DNA of 64,000 bases from Oscillospiraceae bacterium (GTDB lineage Bacteria; Bacillota; Clostridia; Oscillospirales; CAG-382), in contig SVRD01000001.1 in the NCBI GenBank assembly GCA_015064955.1, positions 75,218-139,217 on the forward strand, written 5' to 3'. The notes under the pieces are model-generated. The model ran no database searches. It was not told where the DNA came from and saw only the letters and a program-made list of their open reading frames with translations. The position numbers and the translations under genes are program-made. This document shows, piece after piece, positions 1 through 8,045 of this stretch (position 1 is its first letter; every line of letters begins with the position of its first letter).

Positions 1-454
1 TATCGGCACAGACTATTCTTCCGAGCAAGCCCTCGTCGATAGCGCGCTTCACACGGTCGATACTCTTGGCATAGCGGTTTTGCGATATGACAGAAACCGT
101 TACTCCGGCAAGAATACATTCGCGCTCGACCGCATCGAGCTGCTCCTTGTTTATCGCAAGCGGCTTTTCGCAGATGATATGCTTTCCCGCTCTCGCCGCC
201 GCTATTACCGAGGAATGATGATAGCCGCTCGGGGTACAGATACATACAACGTCGATATCGGCGCAGGCAAGAAGCTGCGCTTCATTGAGAAATGCCGAGG
301 TATTGTGACGGTGTGCGAATTTTTCGGCGGCGTCAAACACGACGTCGCAGACGCCGACAAGTTCTGCCGACTCAAAGCATTCGTGAATAGCATTTGCGTG
401 AAAATCGGCAATAATGCCGCATCCGATGATACCGAAACCGAGTTTTTTCTGCAT
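1..454 (-). CDS. Gfo/Idh/MocA family NAD(P)-dependent oxidoreductase (5' part only; 3' end lies beyond the left edge)
   Basis: Own reverse-strand translation from ATG (454-452): MQKKLGFGIIGCGIIADFHANAIHECFESAELVGVCDVVFDAAEKF...HIICEKPLAINKEQ. The N-terminal Rossmann GxGxxG and the EKP motif are family hallmarks. RBS AAAGGAGAG (rc of 463-471). Absent from the ORF track because it has no in-window stop. Confidence 0.75.
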   Translation of the reverse strand, partial: MQKKLGFGIIGCGIIADFHANAIHECFESAELVGVCDVVFDAAEKFAHRHNTSAFLNEAQLLACADIDVVCICTPSGYHHSSVIAAARAGKHIICEKPLAINKEQLDAVERECILAGVTVSVISQNRYAKSIDRVKRAIDEGLLGRIVCAD

Positions 455-564
455 ATAGACCGCTCTCCTTTGTGAATACTGTTTATTATTTTATCAAAAT
501 CGAAATTATATGTCAACAGATAGACGAAAATAGTAACGCCGACTTAAAAGTTCCTTAAAAGTTC

Positions 565-593
565 TTGACTTTAACGCGATAATGAGGTATTAT
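565..593 (+). promoter_or_regulatory. putative sigma-A type promoter of serC-serA
   Basis: TTGACT (565-570), 17-nt spacer, TATTAT (588-593, overlapping TATAAT at 591-596), about 50 nt upstream of the serC ATG. Confidence 0.45.
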
Positions 594-642
594 AATACAG
601 ATTTCAAAATGTATTTTCTTTACATATAAAGGAGTAAAAACA

Positions 643-1719
643 ATGCAACGCGTTTACAATTTTTCCGCAGGCCCTTCGATGCTTCCCGAAACCGTACTTG
701 AACAGGCTGCAGCAGAAATGCTCAACTACAAGGACAGCGGTATGTCTGTTATGGAAATGAGCCACCGCTCTCCCGTTTATCAGGCAATCATCGACGAAGC
801 GGAAGCCGATCTCCGCAAATTGATGAACATTCCCGACAACTACAAGGTTCTCTTCCTTCAGGGCGGCGCAACCCAGCAGTTCTCGGCTGTTCCTCTCAAC
901 CTTATGAATAAAAACGGCAAAGCAGACTATATCGTTTCGGGTCAGTTCTCGAAAAAGGCTGCAGAAGAAGCGGCAAAGTTCGGCGAGGTAAACGTTATCG
1001 CATCCTCCAAGGATAAAAACTTCACCTATATCCCCAAGGTTACCGAATTTTCTCCCGATGCAGACTACGTTCACATCTGCTATAACAACACCATCTTCGG
1101 CACCTGCTACGACTATATCCCCGAAACCGGCGATATTCCCTTGGTAGCCGATATGTCCTCGGGCATTCTCTCCCTCCCCGTTGACGTTTCAAAATTCGGT
1201 CTTATCTATGCCGGCGCACAGAAGAATATGGGTCCTTCCGGTCTCACTGTTGTTATCGTACGTGAGGATCTCCTCGGCAACGCAAGAGAAGGCACTCCCG
1301 TAATGCTTGACTACAAGGTTCAGGCAGACAACGGTTCGATGTACAACACTCCCCCCTGCTATTCCATCTACGTTGCAGGTCTTGTTTTCAAATGGCTTCT
1401 CGCTACCGGCGGTCTCGAAGAAAGAGAAAAGATCAATGTGAAGAAGGCAAACATTCTTTACGACTACCTCGACTCCTCCAAGCTCTTCAAGCCGACCGCT
1501 GAAAAGGAAGTCCGCTCGCTTATGAACGTATGCTTCGTTACCGGCGATGCAGACAAGGACAAGGCATTTGTTTCCGCGGCAAGCAAGGCAGGCTTTGTAA
1601 ACCTCAAGGGTCACCGTGTTGTCGGCGGTATGCGCGCATCTATCTACAACGCGATGCCGATCGAAGGCGTTGAAAAGTTAGTTGAATTTATGAGCAACTA
1701 CGAAAAGGAGAACGCATAA
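643..1719 (+). CDS. serC: 3-phosphoserine aminotransferase
   Basis: 358 aa. MQRVYNFSAGPSMLPETVLEQAAAEMLNYKDSGMSVMEMSHRS is the typical SerC N-terminus. RBS AAAGGAG at 628-634. The stop overlaps the serA start. Confidence 0.95.
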   Translation: MQRVYNFSAGPSMLPETVLEQAAAEMLNYKDSGMSVMEMSHRSPVYQAIIDEAEADLRKLMNIPDNYKVLFLQGGATQQFSAVPLNLMNKNGKADYIVSGQFSKKAAEEAAKFGEVNVIASSKDKNFTYIPKVTEFSPDADYVHICYNNTIFGTCYDYIPETGDIPLVADMSSGILSLPVDVSKFGLIYAGAQKNMGPSGLTVVIVREDLLGNAREGTPVMLDYKVQADNGSMYNTPPCYSIYVAGLVFKWLLATGGLEEREKINVKKANILYDYLDSSKLFKPTAEKEVRSLMNVCFVTGDADKDKAFVSAASKAGFVNLKGHRVVGGMRASIYNAMPIEGVEKLVEFMSNYEKENA

Positions 1720-2879
1720 TGACTAATATCAAGCTTTACAACAAGATCAGCAAGGTTGGTCTTGACGTATTCGATAACGAAAAATATACCGTTTCCGAAA
1801 CAGTTGAGAATCCCCAAGGCATTCTCGTTCGCTCCGCGGCACTTCACGACGAGCCCTTCGGCAAGGAGCTTCTTGCCATCGCTCGTGCAGGCGCAGGCGT
1901 AAACAACATTCCCATCGACCGTTGCTCCGAAAACGGCATCGTGGTTTTCAATACTCCCGGTGCAAACGCAAACGGTGTTAAGGAGCTCGCTATCGCGGCG
2001 CTTCTTCTCGCATCGCGCGATATCGTCGGCGGTGTAAATTGGGCACTCAGCCTCAAGGGCACTCCCGATGTAGCAAAGCAGGTTGAAAAGGGCAAGAGCA
2101 AGTTTGTCGGCCCCGAGATCAAGGGCAAAACACTCGGTGTTATCGGCTTGGGCGCTATCGGCGGTATGGTTGCAAACGCCGCAAGCGATATCAAAATGAA
2201 GGTTATCGGCTGTGACCCCTACATCACCGTTAAAAACGCTTGGTCGATCTCCCGCGCCGTACGCAAGGCAGACGATTACGATGCGATCTATGCAGAAGCG
2301 GATTACATCACCTATCATATCCCCTCGCTTCCCACCACAAAGGGTATAATCAACAAGGAAAACATCGCAAAGATGAAGGACGGTGTCCGCATTATCAACC
2401 TTTCGAGAGGTGATCTTGCAAACATTCCCGATCTTATCGAAGCACTTGAAAGCGGCAAGGTCGCATCCTATGTGACCGACTTCCCCTGCGATGAGCTTTT
2501 GGGCATTCCCCACGTTGTATGTATCCCCCACCTCGGCGCATCGACTCCCGAATCGGAGGACAACTGCGCGGTTATGGCGGCAGAGGAGCTTATTGATTAC
2601 ATCGAAAACGGCAATATCCGCAACAGCGTAAACTACCCCGAAATCATTCTTAACAGAACCGAAAGCAACCGTGTTGTAGTTCTTCACGAGAATATCCCCA
2701 ACATCATCACCCAGATCTCCGGCGCGCTTGCAAGCGACAACGTAAACATCGAATCGCTTCTCTCGCAGGCAAAGGGCAACAACGCAGTTTCTATCTTCGA
2801 CACCAACGACGCTATCACCGAATCTGTCGTCAACGACATTTCGGCTATCAACGGTGTCGCAAGAGTTATGGTAAAATAA
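1719..2879 (+). CDS. serA: D-3-phosphoglycerate dehydrogenase
   Basis: 386 aa. D-isomer 2-hydroxyacid dehydrogenase fold with NAD motif GVIGLGAIGG and a C-terminal ACT-like tail. Translationally coupled to serC (TAATG). Confidence 0.9.
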   Translation: MTNIKLYNKISKVGLDVFDNEKYTVSETVENPQGILVRSAALHDEPFGKELLAIARAGAGVNNIPIDRCSENGIVVFNTPGANANGVKELAIAALLLASRDIVGGVNWALSLKGTPDVAKQVEKGKSKFVGPEIKGKTLGVIGLGAIGGMVANAASDIKMKVIGCDPYITVKNAWSISRAVRKADDYDAIYAEADYITYHIPSLPTTKGIINKENIAKMKDGVRIINLSRGDLANIPDLIEALESGKVASYVTDFPCDELLGIPHVVCIPHLGASTPESEDNCAVMAAEELIDYIENGNIRNSVNYPEIILNRTESNRVVVLHENIPNIITQISGALASDNVNIESLLSQAKGNNAVSIFDTNDAITESVVNDISAINGVARVMVK

Positions 2880-2898
2880 GCATCAAATAAAAGAAAAC

Positions 2899-2943
2899 AA
2901 TATGCTTCTCGAATATAGATCGGGAAGCATATTTTCTTTTGTT
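2899..2943 (+). terminator. rho-independent terminator of serA
   Basis: Perfect 10-bp stem AATATGCTTC (2899-2908) / GAAGCATATT (2924-2933) followed by a T-rich run. Confidence 0.8.
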
Positions 2944-2954
2944 TTTCTTGTGTT

Positions 2955-2983
2955 TTTCCTTCAAGGGCGTAAAGAACGAGTTT
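2955..2983. repeat. 29-mer direct repeat, copy 1 (TTTCCTTCAAGGGCGTAAAGAACGAGTTT)
   Basis: Identical to 3167-3195. Both copies sit immediately after the T-run of a terminator hairpin. Confidence 0.95.
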
Positions 2984-3020
2984 GTCAAAGGGCTGTCAGA
3001 CCGAGAGAAACGAAGTTATT

Positions 3021-3078
3021 TTCCGCGAAAAACGAGCGTCGGCGTAGAAATCTACGACAGTCGAAGTTTTTCGTGGAA
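3021..3078. repeat. 58-nt imperfect palindrome
   Basis: Outer arms TTCCGCGAAAAAC (3021-3033) / GTTTTTCGTGGAA (3066-3078) match 12/13. Centre is GTAGA-AA-TCTAC (3044-3055). An additional outer pairing is CTTCAAGGGC (2959-2968) / GCCCTTGAAA (3079-3088). Confidence 0.8.
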
Positions 3079-3122
3079 GCCCTTGAAAATACAATAAAAA
3101 ATTAAATTCCTTATAAAATACA

Positions 3123-3163
3123 ATCGAGCTTCAAAGTAAGAATGAAGCTCGATTTTTGTTTTG
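3123..3163 (+). terminator. rho-independent terminator-like hairpin with no obvious upstream gene
   Basis: Perfect 11-bp stem ATCGAGCTTCA (3123-3133) / TGAAGCTCGAT (3143-3153) followed by TTTTGTTTTG. Confidence 0.7.
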
Positions 3164-3166
3164 TTA

Positions 3167-3195
3167 TTTCCTTCAAGGGCGTAAAGAACGAGTTT
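3167..3195. repeat. 29-mer direct repeat, copy 2
   Basis: Identical to 2955-2983. Followed by TCTCGGTCTGA (3197-3207), the exact reverse complement of 2996-3006. Confidence 0.95.
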
Positions 3196-3216
3196 ATCTC
3201 GGTCTGAAACAAAAGA

Positions 3217-3245
3217 TTGACAAGTATATTTTAATGTGATACAAT
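3217..3245 (+). promoter_or_regulatory. sigma-A type promoter of the solute-binding protein gene
   Basis: TTGACA (3217-3222), 17-nt spacer, extended -10 TGaTACAAT (3237-3245). Confidence 0.65.
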
Positions 3246-3289
3246 ATATTCACCACAATGTATAATAATATTTAAAGGAGAAACGACCA

Positions 3290-4789
3290 ATGAAAGCGAA
3301 ACGACTTCTCTCGATGTTGCTTTGTATTCTTTTGGTAGCGGCTTCCGCGGTTCTCGTTGCGTGCAACGGTGAAGAAGCACAGGAAAGCAGCACCGCCGCA
3401 GGCGAAACCAAGGGCGACAACATTGAAGATTACGTTACCATGCCCGAATTCAAATGGGAAGGCGACGAATACAAGGAATTCGACGTTCTTATCTATTCGA
3501 ATGAAGCTCAGACAACCTACTTCTGCGAAGACGTAGAGCCCAACCTTTACAGCACAACCGACGCTTCTCTTAACGAAGCAGTTACCAGAAGAAACGACGA
3601 GATCCTTGCAAAATACGGCGTTACCGTAAAGGGTATTCCCGTTGCAGACGTTGCTAAGGACCTCAGAGAAGACATCACCTCCGACCTCCGCCTTTACGAT
3701 GCGGCTCTCCCCTTTATGTCGAGTGCGGCAGTTCTCGCGCAGGAGGGTTATCTCTGGGATCTCAAGGAATTCTCCGATTATATCCACTTTGATCAGCCCT
3801 GGTGGGATCAGTCGGCTAACAAGTCGCTCTCTATCGGCAACAAGCTTTACTTCACCACCGGCGACATCTCCATCATGCCCAAGATCGTTTCCACCGCTGT
3901 TGTTTTCAACAAGGAAATGCTCAAGAAGAACTTCCCCGAAGTAAACCTTTACGAGATGGTTGAAAACAAGACCTGGACCTTCGACAAGATGATCGAAATG
4001 AGCCGTGTCGTTACCGCTGACACCGACGGCGTTTCGGGTATGTCCTACAAGGACACTTGGGGTATGTCTTCCTCTTGGGGCGACGTTTCCGCCTTCTTTA
4101 TTGCAGGCGGCAAGAACTACATAGCCAAGGACGGCGACGACCTCCCCGTTATCTCGTTTGACGATACCGCTTCCATCACCCTCGTTCAGAAGATCCTTCA
4201 GAATCTTCAGCTTCAGGATGACTGGGTATTCCACTGCAACACCGTTACCGACGGCAGCAACATCTGGGTAGTTTCGCTCGACGTATTCGGTCAGAACCGC
4301 GCACTCTTCAGAACCAGCGCATTCTCGGCTATCAAGAAGCTCCGTGCTTACGACGAAGCAGAAGAATTCGGTATTCTTCCCTTCCCGCTTATGACTCCCG
4401 AGCAGGACACCTACTACACCTTCAGCTCTGCAAAATGGGCTTACTGTGCGGTAATCCCCACCTCTCTCGAAAAAGAAGAGGCTGAATTCTCGGCATTTAT
4501 GCTCGACGTTATGGCATTCGGCGGCATGAAGCACATCACCCCCGCATACTACGAAACCACTCTTAAGTACCGCGATCTCCGCGACAACGAATCCGGCGAA
4601 ATGCTCGACCTCGTATTCTCCAACGTTGTATACGACCTCGGTATTATCTACGACTTCGGTAAGATCGGCGGCTTGATCGAAACTCTTATGAAGACCAACA
4701 GCACCAACATCGCTTCGACCTTCGAATCGAACGAGGATGCTATCCTTGCCGACATCGACGAATGTATCGACAGCTTCGATATTCAGTAA
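3290..4789 (+). CDS. extracellular solute-binding lipoprotein (ABC-type, family 1-like), orphan
   Basis: 499 aa. Lipoprotein signal MKAKRLLSMLLCILLVAASAVLVAC (lipobox LVAC). The body resembles the roughly 500-aa sugar-type SBPs of Clostridia (WWDQ motif). RBS AAAGGAG at 3274-3280. No permease or ATPase gene is adjacent. Confidence 0.8.
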   Translation: MKAKRLLSMLLCILLVAASAVLVACNGEEAQESSTAAGETKGDNIEDYVTMPEFKWEGDEYKEFDVLIYSNEAQTTYFCEDVEPNLYSTTDASLNEAVTRRNDEILAKYGVTVKGIPVADVAKDLREDITSDLRLYDAALPFMSSAAVLAQEGYLWDLKEFSDYIHFDQPWWDQSANKSLSIGNKLYFTTGDISIMPKIVSTAVVFNKEMLKKNFPEVNLYEMVENKTWTFDKMIEMSRVVTADTDGVSGMSYKDTWGMSSSWGDVSAFFIAGGKNYIAKDGDDLPVISFDDTASITLVQKILQNLQLQDDWVFHCNTVTDGSNIWVVSLDVFGQNRALFRTSAFSAIKKLRAYDEAEEFGILPFPLMTPEQDTYYTFSSAKWAYCAVIPTSLEKEEAEFSAFMLDVMAFGGMKHITPAYYETTLKYRDLRDNESGEMLDLVFSNVVYDLGIIYDFGKIGGLIETLMKTNSTNIASTFESNEDAILADIDECIDSFDIQ

Positions 4790-4805
4790 TACTGTAAACA
4801 AATAA

Positions 4806-4840
4806 ATAAAACACGCTTCTTAGGAAGCGTGTTTTTTTAT
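4806..4840. terminator. bidirectional terminator (SBP gene / trkH)
   Basis: Stem AACACGCTTC (4810-4819) / GAAGCGTGTT (4824-4833), A-run upstream and T-run downstream, lying between convergent genes. Confidence 0.8.
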
Positions 4841-4850
4841 GTCTTTATTT

Positions 4851-6296
4851 TTAATTCTTTCTCCAGGTCGAAGGCGAAAGTGCGATAACAAGCGGGAATA
4901 TTTCAAGTCTGCCCATAAGCATCGCAAACGAGAACACAAGCTTTGAGAATACCGAATAATCGGCAAAGCTTCCGGCAGGACCTACCGCGCCGAGACCCGG
5001 ACCGATATTGTTGAAGGTTGCAAGCACGGCGGAAAAATTGCTTTCAAAGCCGAACGGCTCAAAGCTTACCGCAATAAACGCAACTACAATACAAAAAACA
5101 TACACCGCAAAATAAACACATACGCTGTTTAAGACCTGCTTATCGACCGCCTTTCCCTCAAACTTTACCGAGGTTACCGAACGGGGATGAAGCATACGCC
5201 GTATTTCGCAGAGAACAAGCTTGAACAAAATTATTGCCCGCGAGACTTTCAATCCGCCCGCTGTTGAGCCCGCACAACTACCGATACACATAAGCAACAT
5301 CAACACACCCTTTGAAAACGAAGGCCAAAGGTCGAAATTGACGGTTGAAAAGCCGGTCGTTGTCATTATAGAGGACGATTGGAAGAATGCATCGCGAAGT
5401 GCAGTGCTAAAATCAGGATACAGATGCCTTATATTAACAGTTATCGCCACAACCGAAACTGCCGCAATTCCCAGATACGTCCAAAGCTCCGAGCTTTTTG
5501 CTACCGATTTGAATCTGCCGATAATAAGAAGGAAATATAGGTTGAAATTTATGCCAAACAGCAGCATAAAAACGCCGATAACGATCTGTGAATAACTGCT
5601 GTATCCGCCTATACTTGACGCTTTGATGCCGAAACCGCCGGTACCCGCAGTGCCAAACGTATGAACAATGCTCTCGAAAAGATCCATATCCCCGAGCGCA
5701 AGCATAACGATCTGCACCAACGTCATCACAATATAGATAAGATAAAGTATCTTTGCAGTGTCGCGTCCGCGCGGAAGAAGCTTTCCGACAACCGGGCCCG
5801 GCATTTCGGCGCGCATTATGTGTATCGAACGGTCGGTCATATTCGAAACGATCGCCATTACGAATACGAGAACACCCATACCGCCTACCCAGTGAGTGAA
5901 GCTGCGCCAGAAAAGCATACTTTTGCTCATCGCCTCGATGTCGCGGAGTATACTCGCGCCGGTCGTGGTAAAGCCGCTTACCGTTTCAAAAAGCGCATCG
6001 ACGTAAGACGGGATATCGCCGCTCAAAACAAACGGAACCGCGCCGACGGCAGACATACATATCCACGCCAGACTGACTATCGCAAATCCTTCTTTTGCAT
6101 ATATTACCTTGTTTTTGGTGCGGCAAAGCAATGAAATGCCGCTGCCGACCGCAGCTGCGAAAAGCGCAGTGCCGAGAAACGACCACAGCTGACGGTGTTC
6201 GCCGTAGATGATCGCCACCAGCGCGGGCAAAAGCAGCAAACCGCCGATTATCTGCCCGATGCGGCCGAAAATGTAAAATACCATTTTACGGTTCAT
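4851..6296 (-). CDS. trkH: TrkH/KtrB family potassium uptake membrane protein
   Basis: 481 aa, polytopic. Repeated pore-loop motifs SGFTTTGAS, GTAGTGGFG, TTTGFST and NNIGPGLG are typical of TrkH. Confidence 0.9.
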   Translation of the reverse strand: MNRKMVFYIFGRIGQIIGGLLLLPALVAIIYGEHRQLWSFLGTALFAAAVGSGISLLCRTKNKVIYAKEGFAIVSLAWICMSAVGAVPFVLSGDIPSYVDALFETVSGFTTTGASILRDIEAMSKSMLFWRSFTHWVGGMGVLVFVMAIVSNMTDRSIHIMRAEMPGPVVGKLLPRGRDTAKILYLIYIVMTLVQIVMLALGDMDLFESIVHTFGTAGTGGFGIKASSIGGYSSYSQIVIGVFMLLFGINFNLYFLLIIGRFKSVAKSSELWTYLGIAAVSVVAITVNIRHLYPDFSTALRDAFFQSSSIMTTTGFSTVNFDLWPSFSKGVLMLLMCIGSCAGSTAGGLKVSRAIILFKLVLCEIRRMLHPRSVTSVKFEGKAVDKQVLNSVCVYFAVYVFCIVVAFIAVSFEPFGFESNFSAVLATFNNIGPGLGAVGPAGSFADYSVFSKLVFSFAMLMGRLEIFPLVIALSPSTWRKN

Positions 6297-6311
6297 ACCT
6301 GCGACCGCCCC

Positions 6312-7673
6312 TTATTGAATAATATCATTCAGATCGAAATATTGCTGTCCCGCCGCTATGACAACAACTCTGTCGCCGGGAAGAATTTCGTCCATACCGC
6401 CGGGAATTATCGCTTTTCTGCCGCGAATAATGCCCGCTATAAGAATATTCGGCTTCAGCGTGAGATCCTTGAGCGGTGTTCTCAAGCCGACAAAATCCTT
6501 GCTGACGTTGAACTCGAGTGCTTCGACTCCGCCGTCCATCAATCTGTACAGCGTTTCGATGCTGTTGCTTCCCTGCGAGTTATTCATCGCACGGGCATAG
6601 CCTGCAAGAACGTTGGAGACTATCTTTTTGGTGGAAACGATGCTTTCGAGACCGAGCTTATCCGCCATCGCGGCGAGCTCGTTGCGGTTGACCTTGGTGA
6701 TGACCTTGGGTACGTTTTGTGTGGTTGCGAATATCGAAATAAGAATATTCAGCTCGTCCATACCCGTAAGCGCAACAAATGCGTCGGTCGATTCGAGCCC
6801 CTCCTCGAGCAAAAGCTCCTGCTCAGCACCGTCGCCGCAGATAACAACGGCATCGGGGAGCGCTTCGGCAAAGGTTTCGCAAACGCGGGCGTCCTTGTCG
6901 ATGATAACGACTCGGCTTCCACTGTTGATAAGACGCTTTGCAAGATAATAGGCAATACGGCTTGCGCCCAGGATCATAACACTTTTTGCCGATTTCTGAA
7001 TAAGATTGAGCATCTTCAAAAGCTTTTGTATTTCCGAGCTCGTTGCGGTTATACCGATCCTGTCGCCGCTTTTCAATACGAAATTACCATCGGGGATAAA
7101 CACGCTTTCGCCGCGCTGAACGGCGCAAACGAGGAACTGCGCCTTGTATTTACGGCGTAGCTCGATAAGCGAAAGACCGTCGAGGATCGATTCCTGCTTC
7201 AATCGTATCTCGACCATTTCGAGATTGCCGCCCGAGAAATTTTCGACGTTTACCGCCGCGGGAAGCTTTAATATATTGAAAAGCTCCTTTGCCGCCATCC
7301 ATTCGGGATTGACCGAAACTGTAAGATTGAGCTGCTTGCTCAGGAAATCGAGACTTTTGTCGTTGTATTCGGGCTTGCGGATTCGCGCAATAGTGTGCTT
7401 TGCGCCCATTTTTTCGGCAACAAAGCAGGCGAGCATATTGAGCTCGTCGGAATTTGTAACGGCAACAAACAGATCCGATTTCGCAACACCCGCTTCTTCG
7501 AGCGTTTCGGTGTCTGCGCCGTTTCCGCAAACGCACATAACGTCGTAAATATTGCCGATTTCCTCGATTACAGACGGATCGTCATCAATAGCGACAACGT
7601 CGTTGCCCTCTCTGACAAGGCTCTCGATAATCGAACAGCCTATTTTCCCGCATCCGACAATGATGATATTCAT
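6312..7673 (-). CDS. trkA: Trk system potassium uptake protein TrkA (two RCK halves)
   Basis: 453 aa. NAD motifs IIVGCGKIG and VMILGASRIA at the start of two TrkA-N/TrkA-C repeats. 15-nt gap to trkH. Confidence 0.9.
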   Translation of the reverse strand: MNIIIVGCGKIGCSIIESLVREGNDVVAIDDDPSVIEEIGNIYDVMCVCGNGADTETLEEAGVAKSDLFVAVTNSDELNMLACFVAEKMGAKHTIARIRKPEYNDKSLDFLSKQLNLTVSVNPEWMAAKELFNILKLPAAVNVENFSGGNLEMVEIRLKQESILDGLSLIELRRKYKAQFLVCAVQRGESVFIPDGNFVLKSGDRIGITATSSEIQKLLKMLNLIQKSAKSVMILGASRIAYYLAKRLINSGSRVVIIDKDARVCETFAEALPDAVVICGDGAEQELLLEEGLESTDAFVALTGMDELNILISIFATTQNVPKVITKVNRNELAAMADKLGLESIVSTKKIVSNVLAGYARAMNNSQGSNSIETLYRLMDGGVEALEFNVSKDFVGLRTPLKDLTLKPNILIAGIIRGRKAIIPGGMDEILPGDRVVVIAAGQQYFDLNDIIQ

Positions 7674-7707
7674 ATAAACCTCCGTTCAAACGGAATTATG
7701 ATATAAC

Positions 7708-7736
7708 ATTCTATCACAATAAAAAAACGAATTCAA
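7708..7736 (-). promoter_or_regulatory. sigma-A type promoter of trkA-trkH
   Basis: On the reverse strand: TTGAAT (rc of 7731-7736), 17-nt spacer, TGaTAGAAT (rc ending at 7708). Confidence 0.55.
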
Positions 7737-7828
7737 CAGTCGGCAAACAGCTTCACTGTATCTTAACCGAAGCATACCACCGCCGTAATAAGATAGAGTA
7801 TAACACATTCACAAAAGAAAATCAACTC

Positions 7829-7856
7829 TTGACATATTCTCAATAATGTATATAAT
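7829..7856 (+). promoter_or_regulatory. sigma-A type promoter driving the FMN riboswitch-ribU unit
   Basis: TTGACA (7829-7834), 16-nt spacer, TATAAT (7851-7856), about 10 nt upstream of the aptamer. Confidence 0.65.
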
Positions 7857-7865
7857 GTATCTGTA

Positions 7866-8045
7866 ATATGTCTTCGGGGCAGGGTGAAATTCCTTACCGG
7901 CGGTAAAGTCCGCGAGCGTTATGCACGATCCGGTGTGATTCCGGAACCGATCGTAAAGTCGAGATGAGAGAAGATATGCAAAGCGGCATTATGCCGCCGT
8001 CTTGCGCTTATTTTGCCTCCGAGGATATTTCGGAGGTTATTTTTT
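7866..8045 (+). promoter_or_regulatory. FMN riboswitch (RFN element) with terminator / RBS-sequestering expression platform
   Basis: Conserved RFN blocks are present: CTTCGGGGCAGGGTGAAATTCC, TACCGGCGGT, AGTCCGCGAGC, GATTCCGGAACCGATCGTAAAGTCGAGATGAGAGAAGA. The P1 closing pair is TCTTC/GAAGA. A downstream hairpin CCTCCGA (8016-8022) / TCGGAGG (8030-8036) is followed by TTATTTTTT, and its 3' arm is the ribU Shine-Dalgarno. Confidence 0.9.

Noticed and set aside
2902-3105. 67-aa basic ORF in the serA-SBP spacer.
   Set aside because: It starts inside the serA terminator stem, has no RBS, and lies entirely over the repeat and palindrome structure. It looks like a chance frame.
7674-7828. Possible c-di-AMP (ydaO-type) or other riboswitch upstream of trkA.
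   Set aside because: A good promoter (7708-7736) leaves only about 30 nt of 5' UTR. None of the conserved ydaO blocks is visible on the reverse strand.
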